From positions 160,001-224,000 of the forward strand of contig CAVUWV010000014.1 of the NCBI GenBank assembly GCA_963745075.1: DNA of 64,000 bases, read 5' to 3'. Under the pieces are notes generated by a model, which did not search any database, was not told the origin of the DNA, and saw only the letters and a list, made by a program, of their open reading frames with translations. Below, piece after piece: positions 30,301 through 39,461 of the stretch. The stretch comes from Candidatus Hydrogenedentota bacterium. Lineage in GTDB: Bacteria; Hydrogenedentota; Hydrogenedentia; Hydrogenedentales; SLHB01. The first letter of the stretch is position 1. The number at the start of each line of letters is the position of its first letter. The translations under genes and the position numbers were made by a program.

Positions 30301-31481
30301 CCCGCCGTTTCGCACCGTCGTTGAATCCGATCCTCTTCGGTCCTGGCGATCGGCAAGCCACACTCGACGCGCTGGAGCCGATGGATATGCTCGTGTGCAG
30401 CTACGGCCTGCTGTATCAGGAAGAGGACAAGCTCGGGGCGCGCCAGTGGCGTGTGGCCGTCCTCGATGAGGCACAGGCGATCAAAAACGTAGCCACCCGG
30501 CGGTCGAAGGCCGCAATGAACCTGCAGGCCGATTTCCGCCTCATCACCACGGGGACCCCCATTGAAAACCATCTCGGCGAATTGTGGAACCTGTTCTGTT
30601 TCATCAATCGCGGACTGTTGGGGTCCCTGGAGAGGTTCACGCAGCAGTTTGCCAATCCTATCGAACGTCGTCAAGACCGAGAAGCGCGCAACCAGCTCAA
30701 ACGGATCGTTCAGCCGTTCATGTTGCGCCGGGTGAAAGAAGAGGTGCTCGAAGAGTTGCCCGCCCGCACGGAAATTCTACTTCATGTCGAGTTCAGCGAC
30801 GAGGAGGCCGCCTACTACGAGGCCTTGCGTCAGCAAGCCGTCGACAAGCTTGCCAATGCCAAAGGAAACGCCGGCCAAAAGCATCTTCAGATACTTGCGG
30901 AAATCATGCGGCTGCGCCGCGCCTGTTGCAATTCCAAACTCGTGTCTCCCGAAATGGCGGTCCCGAGTACCAAACTCTCCGTCTTCATGGAATTGGTGGA
31001 CGAATTAGTCGAAAACCGCCACAAGGCGCTGGTCTTCAGCCAATTCGTCGACCATCTCAGCATTCTCCGCGAGGCGCTCGACAAACGGGAGATTGCCTAC
31101 CAGTACCTCGATGGTTCGACGCGGCAACGCGAACGGAAGCGGCGTGTCGACGCGTTCCAATCCGGCGAAGGAGATCTGTTCCTCATCAGTCTCAAAGCGG
31201 GCGGCACCGGTCTCAACCTTACCGCCGCCGACTACGTGATTCATATGGACCCGTGGTGGAATCCAGCCGTCGAAGATCAAGCCTCTGACCGCGCCCATCG
31301 GATCGGACAGAAGCGGCCCGTGACGATCTATCGACTGGTCACAAAAGATACGATCGAGAGCAAGATAGTCGAACTGCACAATAAGAAACGGGACCTCGCC
31401 GACAGTCTCCTCGAAGGCGCCGAAATGACCGGCAAGATGTCTGCGGACGAATTGCTGGCGCTCTTGCAAGAAAGTCTATAG
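27303..31481 (+). CDS. SNF2-family helicase/ATPase with large helical N-terminal region
   Basis: LADDMGLGKT, DEAQ, TGTPIENHL, SLKAGGTGLNL, DPWWNPAVEDQASDRAHRIGQ. Confidence 0.95.
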   Translation: MARKKTRSVKRFSQSDLLDRYRKLESYQQAFVQFMSIAYEPVNGTKALQAFANAGIVKDDGKPFDASTYRETLGKLLDYGLLENNQHLQPRCNPNIAEVATRDAVRDGRFEAMIGAVRRILPNAGKEAPFYYFRSFLQAVREFRLHFYQGNTDRAFSILDRIYEQHRYETLDHDPMQAIADAPFDEEWLANVPIAVADPVLWSKLSSSAHSLTLAEEAYDFLSKHWNTYDTGGEPPTLLLLLAEQALWRGRLRELESVLSNSTFVGAKYYLAAQALFDGNNDEALRLFDEGNAMSRSITRKRNPEIPGPLGLFYGLTLIKTGDRKHIRSAQQFLRRRYKSSGSIAAYALVELTEDSLGNPPPSRHEETVDYFVFGGDTPLEAILLLLVSCWRGNDLADRWGDAMRRQFDRAVGGGYRWLAAETASALALANLENADHAQFAESFYEETGMRPLSALLEKQEAWERGLEALANVAEGEKSDAPDAEVRLAWRIDFSGDYCAVEAREVKKRANGAWTKGKVVSAKRLNTQPEQFNYLTPQDREACNHISVEVERYGYYTPKTRYFFTPRVVLALVGHPLVFRNNGNRLEVTRGEPELRVMRKGKRVVIHLAPSISDEADVCVVPETVARIKVVEFTPAHRRIATILGQGLEVPIEHESRVLDTLSSVASLITIHSDIGGGMENVPEVPADGRPRVILVPSGEGLRVQLMVQPLTGGAYYRPGGGGETVMAEVEGQRVQTRRNLKSETGNVEDILAKCSTLRRSQEIDGEWYLDDPGDCLELLTELRELGDTAVVEWPQGEKMRVAQTASFANLRFRLKGQREWFEASGSLQLDDGRVMDIRKLLDLLDEGTGRFVPMGDGEYLALTKEFRKRLDEFSAVSESRGEGYRIHPLAAPTLEGLIEGVGEFKADAAWKNHIKRFREAETIEAIVPTTFRATLRDYQLEGFQWLTRLDHWGAGACLADDMGLGKTVQALAFILSKGTEGPALVIAPTSVCMNWMEEARRFAPSLNPILFGPGDRQATLDALEPMDMLVCSYGLLYQEEDKLGARQWRVAVLDEAQAIKNVATRRSKAAMNLQADFRLITTGTPIENHLGELWNLFCFINRGLLGSLERFTQQFANPIERRQDREARNQLKRIVQPFMLRRVKEEVLEELPARTEILLHVEFSDEEAAYYEALRQQAVDKLANAKGNAGQKHLQILAEIMRLRRACCNSKLVSPEMAVPSTKLSVFMELVDELVENRHKALVFSQFVDHLSILREALDKREIAYQYLDGSTRQRERKRRVDAFQSGEGDLFLISLKAGGTGLNLTAADYVIHMDPWWNPAVEDQASDRAHRIGQKRPVTIYRLVTKDTIESKIVELHNKKRDLADSLLEGAEMTGKMSADELLALLQESL

Positions 31482-31494
31482 ACTTTGGTCCGGT

Positions 31495-32199
31495 TTACCA
31501 GTCCGCGGAGAAGCCATAGTCGAATAGCGAGGGAAAGCGGAAACGTTCGGCCCGAATAAACTCGCCCGAGACGATATCCACGTACACCGCGAACGAATCT
31601 TCCCCCTCGATATTCATTGGACTGACGAGGCACTGTGCGCAGGGCTGGGAGGGAGGCGGGTTCTTCAAGAGATGCCCGATGCGGTCGCGTTGCACGTAGG
31701 AAAAATAAGCGGCCGGCCACAGGATGCATTGCGGCGCGCAGTCCTCCAACGAATCGCTTCCGGCCAACTCTCGCGCGACGTATTCCTGCGCGGTTCTGCA
31801 GACCGTCGGCGAGTCCGCCCAGTCCTTGGGCAGTTCCTGAGGTTCAATCGTCAGGTCGCCTGGAAACGCGCCGTAACATGCATATACATATTCGACATCG
31901 GGAAGGGAAAGCCCCTTCTTCGGCTTCTTCTCCCAACCCTTCGCCTTGCCCTTGGCCACACGGATCAAATACGCTGCATTCGCCTCAGGCGAATAGTAGT
32001 CGAAGTGCCACCCGGCCGCCGTGCCGTCCATGCCCACGTCGCGCTCCGTATCCATCACCGACGCGTAGACGCAGCACAACGACGCCGAACGCACGTGCGG
32101 CCAGTTCTGCGGTGTTAACTGTTCTTCGGCAAGACGAAACGCCTCCCGCGCCGTCAGATTTTGTTGCCCCCCGCCAAACAGTCCCTTGAGCAATCCCAT
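31495..32199 (-). CDS. Hypothetical protein (two PepSY-like halves?)
   Basis: GAGGAGG RBS; helix plus W.F.Y strand and VYVD.VSGE hairpin patterns. Confidence 0.6.
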   Translation of the reverse strand: MGLLKGLFGGGQQNLTAREAFRLAEEQLTPQNWPHVRSASLCCVYASVMDTERDVGMDGTAAGWHFDYYSPEANAAYLIRVAKGKAKGWEKKPKKGLSLPDVEYVYACYGAFPGDLTIEPQELPKDWADSPTVCRTAQEYVARELAGSDSLEDCAPQCILWPAAYFSYVQRDRIGHLLKNPPPSQPCAQCLVSPMNIEGEDSFAVYVDIVSGEFIRAERFRFPSLFDYGFSADW

Positions 32200-32349
32200 G
32201 TACCCTCCTCACGTTTGCCTCGCGATTAGCCTCCGTTCCCATGAAACCGCGTGCGCACCCAAATGTCAAAACCACCCCCCGTGTCCGGGAAGGATCCGGG
32301 GAGAGGGCCGGAGTCCGGCAGAACTACTCCAGATGGATAGACCGAGTCC

Positions 32350-32376
32350 GTAACCTTTTCGACCGTGCGGGGTCAT
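32350..32376 (+). promoter_or_regulatory. ECF-type promoter upstream of the ECF gene
   Basis: GTAAC-N17-GTC arrangement typical of ECF promoters. Confidence 0.45.
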
Positions 32377-32406
32377 TTAGGGTACAACCATGGAGGGAGT
32401 TACTCG

Positions 32407-35094
32407 ATGCCGGACGCAGATGCCATACAAGCCGTAAGAGAAGGTGACAAGGACCGTTATGCGGAGTTGGTCGAACGGTACCAGCATATGGTCTATGTCA
32501 TTGCGTGGAGCCGTCTGGGCGATCCACATCTGTGTGAAGACGCCGCCCAGGAGACGTTTGTTAAGGCGTACCGGTATCTGATGGCGTTGCGGAACCCAGA
32601 GAAATTTGCCGGCTGGCTGGCCCGTATCGCCCGAAATGTCAGCACCTCGATGTTGCGCAAGCGTCGACGCGACCTTGCAAAGGTCGAACGCTGGAAGCTC
32701 GAACCGCGCACGGTTCAGCCCGCTCAAAACGAGGTGGGGGACGAGAAACCGGTTGCCGAAACCCTGCGCGCAATCCTGGCTGAACTTCCGGCCCAACACC
32801 GCGAGTGTTTGGTACTCTTCTATCTTGAGGGGAAGAGCGTCCGCGACGCAGCCGAGATACTTGGCATCTCCGAGTCCACCATGAAGACCCGCCTCCATCG
32901 CGCGCGCCATGCATTGCGGGGCAGGCTCGAAGAAAAGCTGGAAGATTCCCTCGCCGCACTCGGACCGCGCGGAAACTTCTCGGCGGGCGTTATCGCGCTG
33001 TTGCCCTCTTCGCCATGGTTGGCCGGTGCGGGAGTGGGAGTGGGAGGGGCGTCCGCCCTGTCCAAGCTGCTAACCGGATTCGCCCAATTCGCGATACTCC
33101 CCATCGTTCTACTCATGTCGCTGTTTAACGCAGCGTATGCAGCCCTTTACTTCGGTTGGCTCGGCAAGCTGGAATCGGCCAATCTTGTACCCGGCCCCGG
33201 TCAACGCGCGCGTCAACAGGTAATCCGCCGCAACGTCGTACTCTTCGTGATTGCCTTCGCGATGGCGATATTCTTCTCCTTTTCGTTCACGTTTCGCGGC
33301 AATCCGCTCGTGGTATTCCAGCTTCTGGTTCCCCTCTGCCTCTGGGGCACATATCGGACCCTTCGCCTCCTGCGCGTCAACCGCACGCCCTTTGCCTACG
33401 GACAAGTACTGGCCAACGCGACGTTCACCCTCACGTCCGTTCTCATCGGGTTTCTTCACGCGCCCTTCTGGATCTTCTTTGTGGCCATGCTGCCGCTGAA
33501 CGTATTTCTCTACTTCGCCAACAAAAGCCGGCCCGCACGGCACGATTACAACCTGTTCCTGCGCGCGGCGCAAGGCATGCTTGGCAATGTCGAGGGGAGA
33601 GCGAGCGCCCCGCGGGCGAGCTTGGCAGATCTGCGTGCGTTCGCACGTTTCCTGGGCGGCCGCTTCCTCGTAATGGATTACACGATCCGCGTCCACTCGC
33701 TCTGCTTGTATCTTCCGCCCGCGAAACCCATTCTGCGGCAGTACTTCGGCTTCAATGCGTCGAACTCTACGGTGCTACTAGGTCCCAACGGCGGGGCCGA
33801 AGCGCAACTCGGCGAGCGCGACCGAAAGAACCTGGCAACGATGATCGAATCGCCTCTGCCCAAGATTCTGGAACTGGAAGCCGCGGTTTGTGACGCGGTA
33901 TCGAGGGCGTTTCAGCACTTTCTGGAAGGAGAGACCGCGCAGGCGGAAGCACTGCTTCAGCCGGAAGGAGACGCCGCCATCTTCCGAAAACCCGTCGGCG
34001 ATAGCGCCGAACACCGTGTTCGCGGAATTGCCTCCATTGTCGCGGCAGTCTTCCTGCTCGCGTCGAGCTTGTTTGTCGCTTTCTTGCAACTGCCACCGCC
34101 GGTCCGCGTAACGCGTGATGTGGTCAATGAACCCATCGTCGCGTGGGAAGGCGACTATGACCGCCGCTGGATCGCCTATCACACAGTTTTGACTGCCGAT
34201 GCTCCGCTCCCAATCGACGCACTCGCGGGACCGGCCCTATCGGCGTACCGGAACGCTGCAATCAAGGTGTTGACGGGCGAGAGGGACAGTGCGGACGGCC
34301 GTGTCACGAACGCGCTGTTCGGCGCGGAAGCACTGTACAACGTCATTCAAAGCAATCTGCTGTCCGATGCGGAACTCGCGTCACTCGGCATCGACGACGA
34401 GAACGTCCGGAAAGCGTTGACCGGTACCAATCATGTTCGGCTCGATCATCTCTTTATTCTATGGAATGAAGCCGAGGGGGCCTACGTCTATCCGGGATCC
34501 GTCGTGACCATCGCGCGGCGATTGGCCTGTCTGGACCACTTCGGCTGCCTCGATCTCGTCGACGCGGATCGCCTCGCGCAAGACCTCGCCGACCGGCAGG
34601 TCACGCCCGCCTGGGAATCACGCGGTGAGCAGATTGACTGGAAGCGCGCCCAAGGCCTCTTCATGTTCCAGTTCTGCGATCTCGAAGGCACCTACGGCGC
34701 GCTCGCCGCACTCGAAGAACTCGACCGACTCGACCTCATCAACCGCGAAGCCTGCATCGAGGGCATCCTTCGCTTCCACAACGGTCGCGGCGAATTCGGC
34801 TCGCTGTGGCGACGTGACGACGAAATACGAATCTACCCCAGCACCAAGGCCAACGCCCTTTACGCCATGGAATCCCTGCGTATCCTCAACGCCCTCGACC
34901 GCATCCCTGACTTCACCCGTTGGAATCTCAATCCCGACATCATCGTCACCGACCGCAACCAACCCATCGCCGACAACATCTCCACCCCCGAGGCTATCGT
35001 TACCTGGGCCTACCAAAAACGGATCGAACTCGTCCGCGCCACATACCAGTTGCCGGAACGCGATAATGGTATTCGCCAATTAGTCCGCGAATAA
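32407..35094 (+). CDS. ECF sigma factor fused to multi-TM region and C-terminal prenyltransferase-like repeats
   Basis: Region 2 EDAAQETF...FAGWL.RIARN; region 4 LP..HRE.L.L.Y.EG.S...A..LG.SESTMKTRLHRAR; GGAGG RBS. Confidence 0.85.
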   Translation: MPDADAIQAVREGDKDRYAELVERYQHMVYVIAWSRLGDPHLCEDAAQETFVKAYRYLMALRNPEKFAGWLARIARNVSTSMLRKRRRDLAKVERWKLEPRTVQPAQNEVGDEKPVAETLRAILAELPAQHRECLVLFYLEGKSVRDAAEILGISESTMKTRLHRARHALRGRLEEKLEDSLAALGPRGNFSAGVIALLPSSPWLAGAGVGVGGASALSKLLTGFAQFAILPIVLLMSLFNAAYAALYFGWLGKLESANLVPGPGQRARQQVIRRNVVLFVIAFAMAIFFSFSFTFRGNPLVVFQLLVPLCLWGTYRTLRLLRVNRTPFAYGQVLANATFTLTSVLIGFLHAPFWIFFVAMLPLNVFLYFANKSRPARHDYNLFLRAAQGMLGNVEGRASAPRASLADLRAFARFLGGRFLVMDYTIRVHSLCLYLPPAKPILRQYFGFNASNSTVLLGPNGGAEAQLGERDRKNLATMIESPLPKILELEAAVCDAVSRAFQHFLEGETAQAEALLQPEGDAAIFRKPVGDSAEHRVRGIASIVAAVFLLASSLFVAFLQLPPPVRVTRDVVNEPIVAWEGDYDRRWIAYHTVLTADAPLPIDALAGPALSAYRNAAIKVLTGERDSADGRVTNALFGAEALYNVIQSNLLSDAELASLGIDDENVRKALTGTNHVRLDHLFILWNEAEGAYVYPGSVVTIARRLACLDHFGCLDLVDADRLAQDLADRQVTPAWESRGEQIDWKRAQGLFMFQFCDLEGTYGALAALEELDRLDLINREACIEGILRFHNGRGEFGSLWRRDDEIRIYPSTKANALYAMESLRILNALDRIPDFTRWNLNPDIIVTDRNQPIADNISTPEAIVTWAYQKRIELVRATYQLPERDNGIRQLVRE

Positions 35095-37041
35095 CGGACG
35101 GAACACACGCGCGCGAATCTCGGGATCGCGAAGCAGCGCGGCTTGCAGGAACGTAAAACTGTACACCAGGTGTCCTTCGTAGCCGCAGGTATGTCCTTCC
35201 CAATCCATGAACTCCGCGCCGAGGGGAAACTGGTCAATGACGCCGTTCTGAAATCCGCCTCCGTTGGGAAATGCGCCTTCCACCTGCCGCTTGAGCATGG
35301 CATTGAGAATGCGGTCGGCCTTTTCCGTTTCGCCGACCATGTTCAGGGCCGTGATGAAGTAGTAGGTGTCGCTCACGCAACAGCCCCCGTTGAGATACTG
35401 TTGGAAAGTATCGCTGCCGTCTTCCAGCGCCGGTTGGCCATAGGATCGGTCGCGACCGGGCTTCGGTTGAGAGTAGTCGCCCTTCGACACCGGGACCAGC
35501 GTGAGCGGCGTCCCAATGGAGAAATTGGTAAATCCGACTTCCTCCATTTTCGCCCATAGCTTGTTGAGCATGCTGCGGCCGTTCTCCGGTGCGACCAGAC
35601 CGTACATGATGGCGATGCTCGTGTTCATGGGCGCGGCGAGATCGTGCAGTTCGCCGTCCTTGCTCCGCCACCACGCCATCCAACCCGTCTTTGCATTGAA
35701 CAGCGAGGGCTGATATGCGGCCTTCAGTTTGTCCGCAAGCGCGTTGTACCGCGACGCCTGCTCTGCGCGTCCCAGTTTCGATTCCAGATCCGCCAGGCCG
35801 CGCCACGCACGGTAAATCAGCGCATTGCAGTAGCCATCCTTGTGGCCCGTGTTGATCGTGTCATAGGCCGACCCGCCCAGACGCCCCACCTGCGTCCCGT
35901 AGTTGCCGGAGTACTTGGTCTCCACAAGTCCGTCGCCGTCCACGTCCCGCTCGGCCAGATAGTCCGCGAGCCGCTCCAGCGTTTCGATCCGGCGCTCCAG
36001 CCATTCCCGGTCGCCCGACGCTTCCACGTAGCACCACGCGCCGATGAGCGGACCCGCGTTGGCGTCCGGCATTCCCGTCACGTTGCGCCACGACCGCATC
36101 TCGCCGGACGGTTCAATCCCGTGCTCCAACCACCAGTCTACGGTGTTGCGGAGCAGGGGAGCCGCGTTGATCCCGTCGGCCAACTCTGGCGCGAGCAACA
36201 CGTGGTCCGACATCATGTGCAACACACAACTCACCGGATCGCTCACGACATTGTTCGCCAACAACCCCGGCGGCGCGTACTGCGGACGCTCCGCGCTGCC
36301 CCATTCGGCGCTCGGTTGCAGCATGTTCAACCACCCGCGCCGGATGGCCCGCCATAACGCTTCGTCGTTCAAGCCAGCAGGCATGGGCACCTGAGACGGC
36401 TCCAGCGTAAACACCACGCGATCCGAGTCGACGACCGCCCATTCCAACGTAAAGTCAACCCGGTTGTCGCCTTCCCGCGTCCCCGTCAGACGCCCGGTGA
36501 CTGCATCGCCCGGTTCCGCGCTCAGTCGCATCGCCCCCAGGTCCGGCGCGTTGATCAACACCGGCAACCGCATTCGCGCGCCATCCATCCACTCCGACGG
36601 CAACACCGTCGTCGCTGTCGCCTTCGGATCGAAGGGGAAGGTCATGCGAACCGCCGTGAGGTTGGCGTTATCCGGCTTGACCAAATCAATAGCAAGACCG
36701 ATGCGCGGACCAGAATGAGAGATCGTCCATGCGACGGACGCGCCCTCCCCGAGCTCGAATCGGTAGACGTTCTCCGGCGCCTTATGAGGCCCGACTTTCG
36801 TTGGGAATTCCGTTGCAGGCCACCACTCCCCGTCAATTCGCAGATCCAATCGGACCGGCGCATACAAGAGATTCAACGAATCCCGCGAACCGCCTTCCGT
36901 GTCCCAACTCAGGAAATCGATTCCGGCCGTCTTGTCCCACTCCATCCGAACCCTCGGCTCACCGGCCGGAACCGCAATCCCATCCAGCAACCCCGCAGAC
37001 AAGACCGCCAAGGCAAACGCAGCGATTCCGCTCATGGTCAA
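35080..37041 (-). CDS. Exported (alpha/alpha)6-barrel glycoside-hydrolase-like protein
   Basis: Signal peptide; DVDGDGLVE, YCNALIYRAW..LA.LE..LG, LFN..TGW motifs of six-hairpin glycosidases. Confidence 0.7.
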   Translation of the reverse strand: MTMSGIAAFALAVLSAGLLDGIAVPAGEPRVRMEWDKTAGIDFLSWDTEGGSRDSLNLLYAPVRLDLRIDGEWWPATEFPTKVGPHKAPENVYRFELGEGASVAWTISHSGPRIGLAIDLVKPDNANLTAVRMTFPFDPKATATTVLPSEWMDGARMRLPVLINAPDLGAMRLSAEPGDAVTGRLTGTREGDNRVDFTLEWAVVDSDRVVFTLEPSQVPMPAGLNDEALWRAIRRGWLNMLQPSAEWGSAERPQYAPPGLLANNVVSDPVSCVLHMMSDHVLLAPELADGINAAPLLRNTVDWWLEHGIEPSGEMRSWRNVTGMPDANAGPLIGAWCYVEASGDREWLERRIETLERLADYLAERDVDGDGLVETKYSGNYGTQVGRLGGSAYDTINTGHKDGYCNALIYRAWRGLADLESKLGRAEQASRYNALADKLKAAYQPSLFNAKTGWMAWWRSKDGELHDLAAPMNTSIAIMYGLVAPENGRSMLNKLWAKMEEVGFTNFSIGTPLTLVPVSKGDYSQPKPGRDRSYGQPALEDGSDTFQQYLNGGCCVSDTYYFITALNMVGETEKADRILNAMLKRQVEGAFPNGGGFQNGVIDQFPLGAEFMDWEGHTCGYEGHLVYSFTFLQAALLRDPEIRARVFRPLFAD

Positions 37042-37154
37042 AGCCCTCGTTGTAGCCTTCGCAGAGACCCTCTAAAACGATACACGGGGCAGGAACGAAC
37101 TACAATGAACGATGCGAAGTAACATGCAGGCGCGACGGTTTCAGCGACGAATTG

Positions 37155-37182
37155 GCCACAAAAGAACACAAAGATCACAAGG
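37155..37182. repeat. Degenerate ~9-mer tandem repeat (CACAAAGAA-type)
   Basis: gc-cacaaaagaa-cacaaagat-cacaagg. Confidence 0.55.
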
Positions 37183-37238
37183 AAAATCTTGAAATTTCTA
37201 AGGCAGTTCGCCCGATACGCCTTCGGAGGTAAATGGAT

Positions 37239-37913
37239 TTACTCCACCATCCCGCGCAGCATCTGCACGGTGACGTCTTCGAGGCTGGAGACGATGATGT
37301 CGGCCTGGGCGAGTTCTTCCCGGCTGAAACTGCTGGTGACGGCAATGCATTGCATGCCGGCGGCTTTGGCGGATTGGACGCCGCTGATGGCGTCTTCGAC
37401 GACGATGCAGCGAGCGGGGGGGAGGCTGAGGGCGTCGGCGGCTCTTAGGTAGATCTCGGGGTGTGGTTTCTTGTGGGTGACCATGTCGCCGTTGACGATG
37501 ACGTCGAATTTGTCGAGGGGCGCGCCGATGCATTCGAGGGTGGTCGCAGCTTTCTTGGCGGGACTCGACGTGGCGATGGCGAGTTTCCATTCGCCGTTCG
37601 TGTCGGCAGCGGCGTTGACGAGTTCCAACGCGCCCGGGCAGGGTTTGCATTCGCCCGCTTCGAGTAAGGCCACGAAATTCTGATGCCGTTTCTCGATGGC
37701 TTCATCGAGGTCGCGCAAGGTGATGCCCGCGTCTTCAGCGGGGCCTTCGACGTAACGGACTGCGCCAGTGCCGATGTAGGGGCGAAAATCCTCCGGCGTC
37801 AGGTCGACGTTGTAGAGTTCTTTGTACATGGCGATGCTCGCCCTAGCGATTAGCGCCTCCGTGTCCGCGAGGACGCCGTCCATATCGAAGATGAGACCAA
37901 AAGACTCGGGCAT
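37239..37913 (-). CDS. HAD-superfamily phosphatase (beta-phosphoglucomutase-like)
   Basis: FDMDGVL, ATSS, KPHPEIY, VVEDA. Confidence 0.92.
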   Translation of the reverse strand: MPESFGLIFDMDGVLADTEALIARASIAMYKELYNVDLTPEDFRPYIGTGAVRYVEGPAEDAGITLRDLDEAIEKRHQNFVALLEAGECKPCPGALELVNAAADTNGEWKLAIATSSPAKKAATTLECIGAPLDKFDVIVNGDMVTHKKPHPEIYLRAADALSLPPARCIVVEDAISGVQSAKAAGMQCIAVTSSFSREELAQADIIVSSLEDVTVQMLRGMVE

Positions 37914-37984
37914 CGTTGATTCCTTTTTATGCGGTACGCCGTTCCGGCATGGATTCGTGATTGTAAACCTAAACGCGAAGAGAA

Positions 37985-38147
37985 GAACATCCCCCTTGCT
38001 CCCCCTTCAAAGGGGGAGTTTTGCTCACGCACATCTACTGACTAAGTCGTCGCGACGAACCCCGACGTCGAATTGGATGTAAACGATACTACAACGCGAT
38101 GCGTTGCGATTAATTCCCCCTTTGAAGGGGGATCAAGGGGGATGTTC
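37985..38147. mobile_element. ~160-bp MITE/REP-like element, copy 1
   Basis: 36-bp inverted ends GAACATCCCCCTTG(C/A)TCCCCCTTCAAAGGGGGA; second copy at 52597. Confidence 0.7.
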
Positions 38148-38150
38148 CTC

Positions 38151-38183
38151 CAATCCGCAATCCGCAGTCCGGAATCCGCAATC
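38151..38183. repeat. Heptamer tandem repeat (CAATCCG)n at thrC 3' end
   Basis: caatccg caatccg cagtccg gaatccg caatc. Confidence 0.75.
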
Positions 38184-39283
38184 TATTTGACTCCTGCGGG
38201 TTCGTGGATGCCCATCACGTCGAGGACGGCGTCTTCATTGGCTTCGACTGTCACGGGTTCTTCGGCGGATTTGATGGCGCTGTCGGGGTCTTTCAAACCG
38301 TGACCCGTCAGGATGCACACGACCCGTAGCTTGTCGCCATGGATCGGCTCGAAATCGTCGAAGTAGCCGTTCTCCGTGAGCTTGATGATCCCCGCAATGC
38401 TTGCCGCGCTGGCCGGTTCGCAGAAGATGCCCTCCGTCGCCGCGGCCATCTGGTACGCGGTTCGGATCTCGTGGTCCGTGACCATGCCGATGACGCCGCC
38501 GGACTCGTCCCGCGCGGCTTCGGCGTGCTTCCAACTCGCGGGATTGCCGATACGGATGGCGGTCGCGAAGGTCTTCGGTTTTTCGACCGGATGCCCCAAC
38601 ACGATCGGCGCTGAACCCGCTGCCTGGAATCCGAGCATGCGCGGCAGGTGGCGTACCTTGCCCGCTTCCCGGTATTCCTTGTAGCCTTTCCAATACGCCG
38701 TGATGTTCCCCGCGTTTCCCACGGGCAGGGCGTGGAAGTCCGGCGCGAATCCTTCGAAGTCATCCACAATCTCGAAGGCGCCGGTTTTCTGTCCTTCGAT
38801 GCGATACGGATTCACCGAATTCACCAACTGGATGGGCTGGGTCTCCGTGATGGTCCGCACGAGGTTCAGGGCATCATCGAAGTTCCCTTTGATCTGGATA
38901 ACCTTCGCGCCGTGGATCATCGCCTGCGACAGTTTGCCCATGGCGATCTTGCCTTCGGGAATTAATACCGCACAGGCAATCTTTGCGCGCGCTGAGTACG
39001 CCGCCGCCGACGCCGAGGTGTTGCCGGTCGATGCGCAGATGACCCCTTTGAACCCGTCCTCGACCGCCTTGGTGATCGCCATCGTCATGCCGCGATCTTT
39101 AAAGGAACCCGTCGGGTTTAGGCCTTCGTACTTGAGGTAGAGGTCGAGCTTCGGATTGATCGCCTGGCTGAGGTTGGTGGCTCGCACCATCGGCGTGGAG
39201 CCTTCGTTCAGCGAAATGATGCGGGTCTCATCCGTTACCGGCAGGTATTCCCGGTACCGCTCGATCAGGGGCTGAATCAGCAT
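38183..39283 (-). CDS. thrC: Threonine synthase
   Basis: [44 protein letters not shown]. Confidence 0.95.
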   Translation of the reverse strand: MLIQPLIERYREYLPVTDETRIISLNEGSTPMVRATNLSQAINPKLDLYLKYEGLNPTGSFKDRGMTMAITKAVEDGFKGVICASTGNTSASAAAYSARAKIACAVLIPEGKIAMGKLSQAMIHGAKVIQIKGNFDDALNLVRTITETQPIQLVNSVNPYRIEGQKTGAFEIVDDFEGFAPDFHALPVGNAGNITAYWKGYKEYREAGKVRHLPRMLGFQAAGSAPIVLGHPVEKPKTFATAIRIGNPASWKHAEAARDESGGVIGMVTDHEIRTAYQMAAATEGIFCEPASAASIAGIIKLTENGYFDDFEPIHGDKLRVVCILTGHGLKDPDSAIKSAEEPVTVEANEDAVLDVMGIHEPAGVK

Positions 39284-39299
39284 GGTCTTGTCCTTCTTT

Positions 39300-39432
39300 T
39301 CGTACCCGTACTCGCTCTCGTACTTCGTACTCGACAAAACGTAACTATCGTTTGTGAGTCCAACAGAAGCACTTTTCAAATTGGCACTGGATACTTTCCC
39401 ATCGAGTACGCGTACGAGAGCGAGTACGAGTA
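39300..39432. repeat. ~30-bp inverted repeats built from CGTACT-like hexamers around a ~67-bp spacer
   Basis: Left tacccgtactcgctctcgtacttcgtactcga vs reverse complement of right tactcgtactcgctctcgtacgcgtactcga. Confidence 0.75.
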
Positions 39433-39461
39433 TGTCGAGGCACCGGAAGCGGCTCCTTTAG

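Noticed and set aside
27303..32199. SNF2 gene as part of a DISARM/Zorya/BREX-type defence island
   Set aside because: No partner defence genes; flanked by lipB and a hypothetical gene
38183..39379. Extended N-termini in the ORF track (thrC, lipA, lipB, pstB, ThuA, GntR)
   Set aside because: Extensions run through repeats or neighbouring genes; downstream starts fit RBS position or family length better
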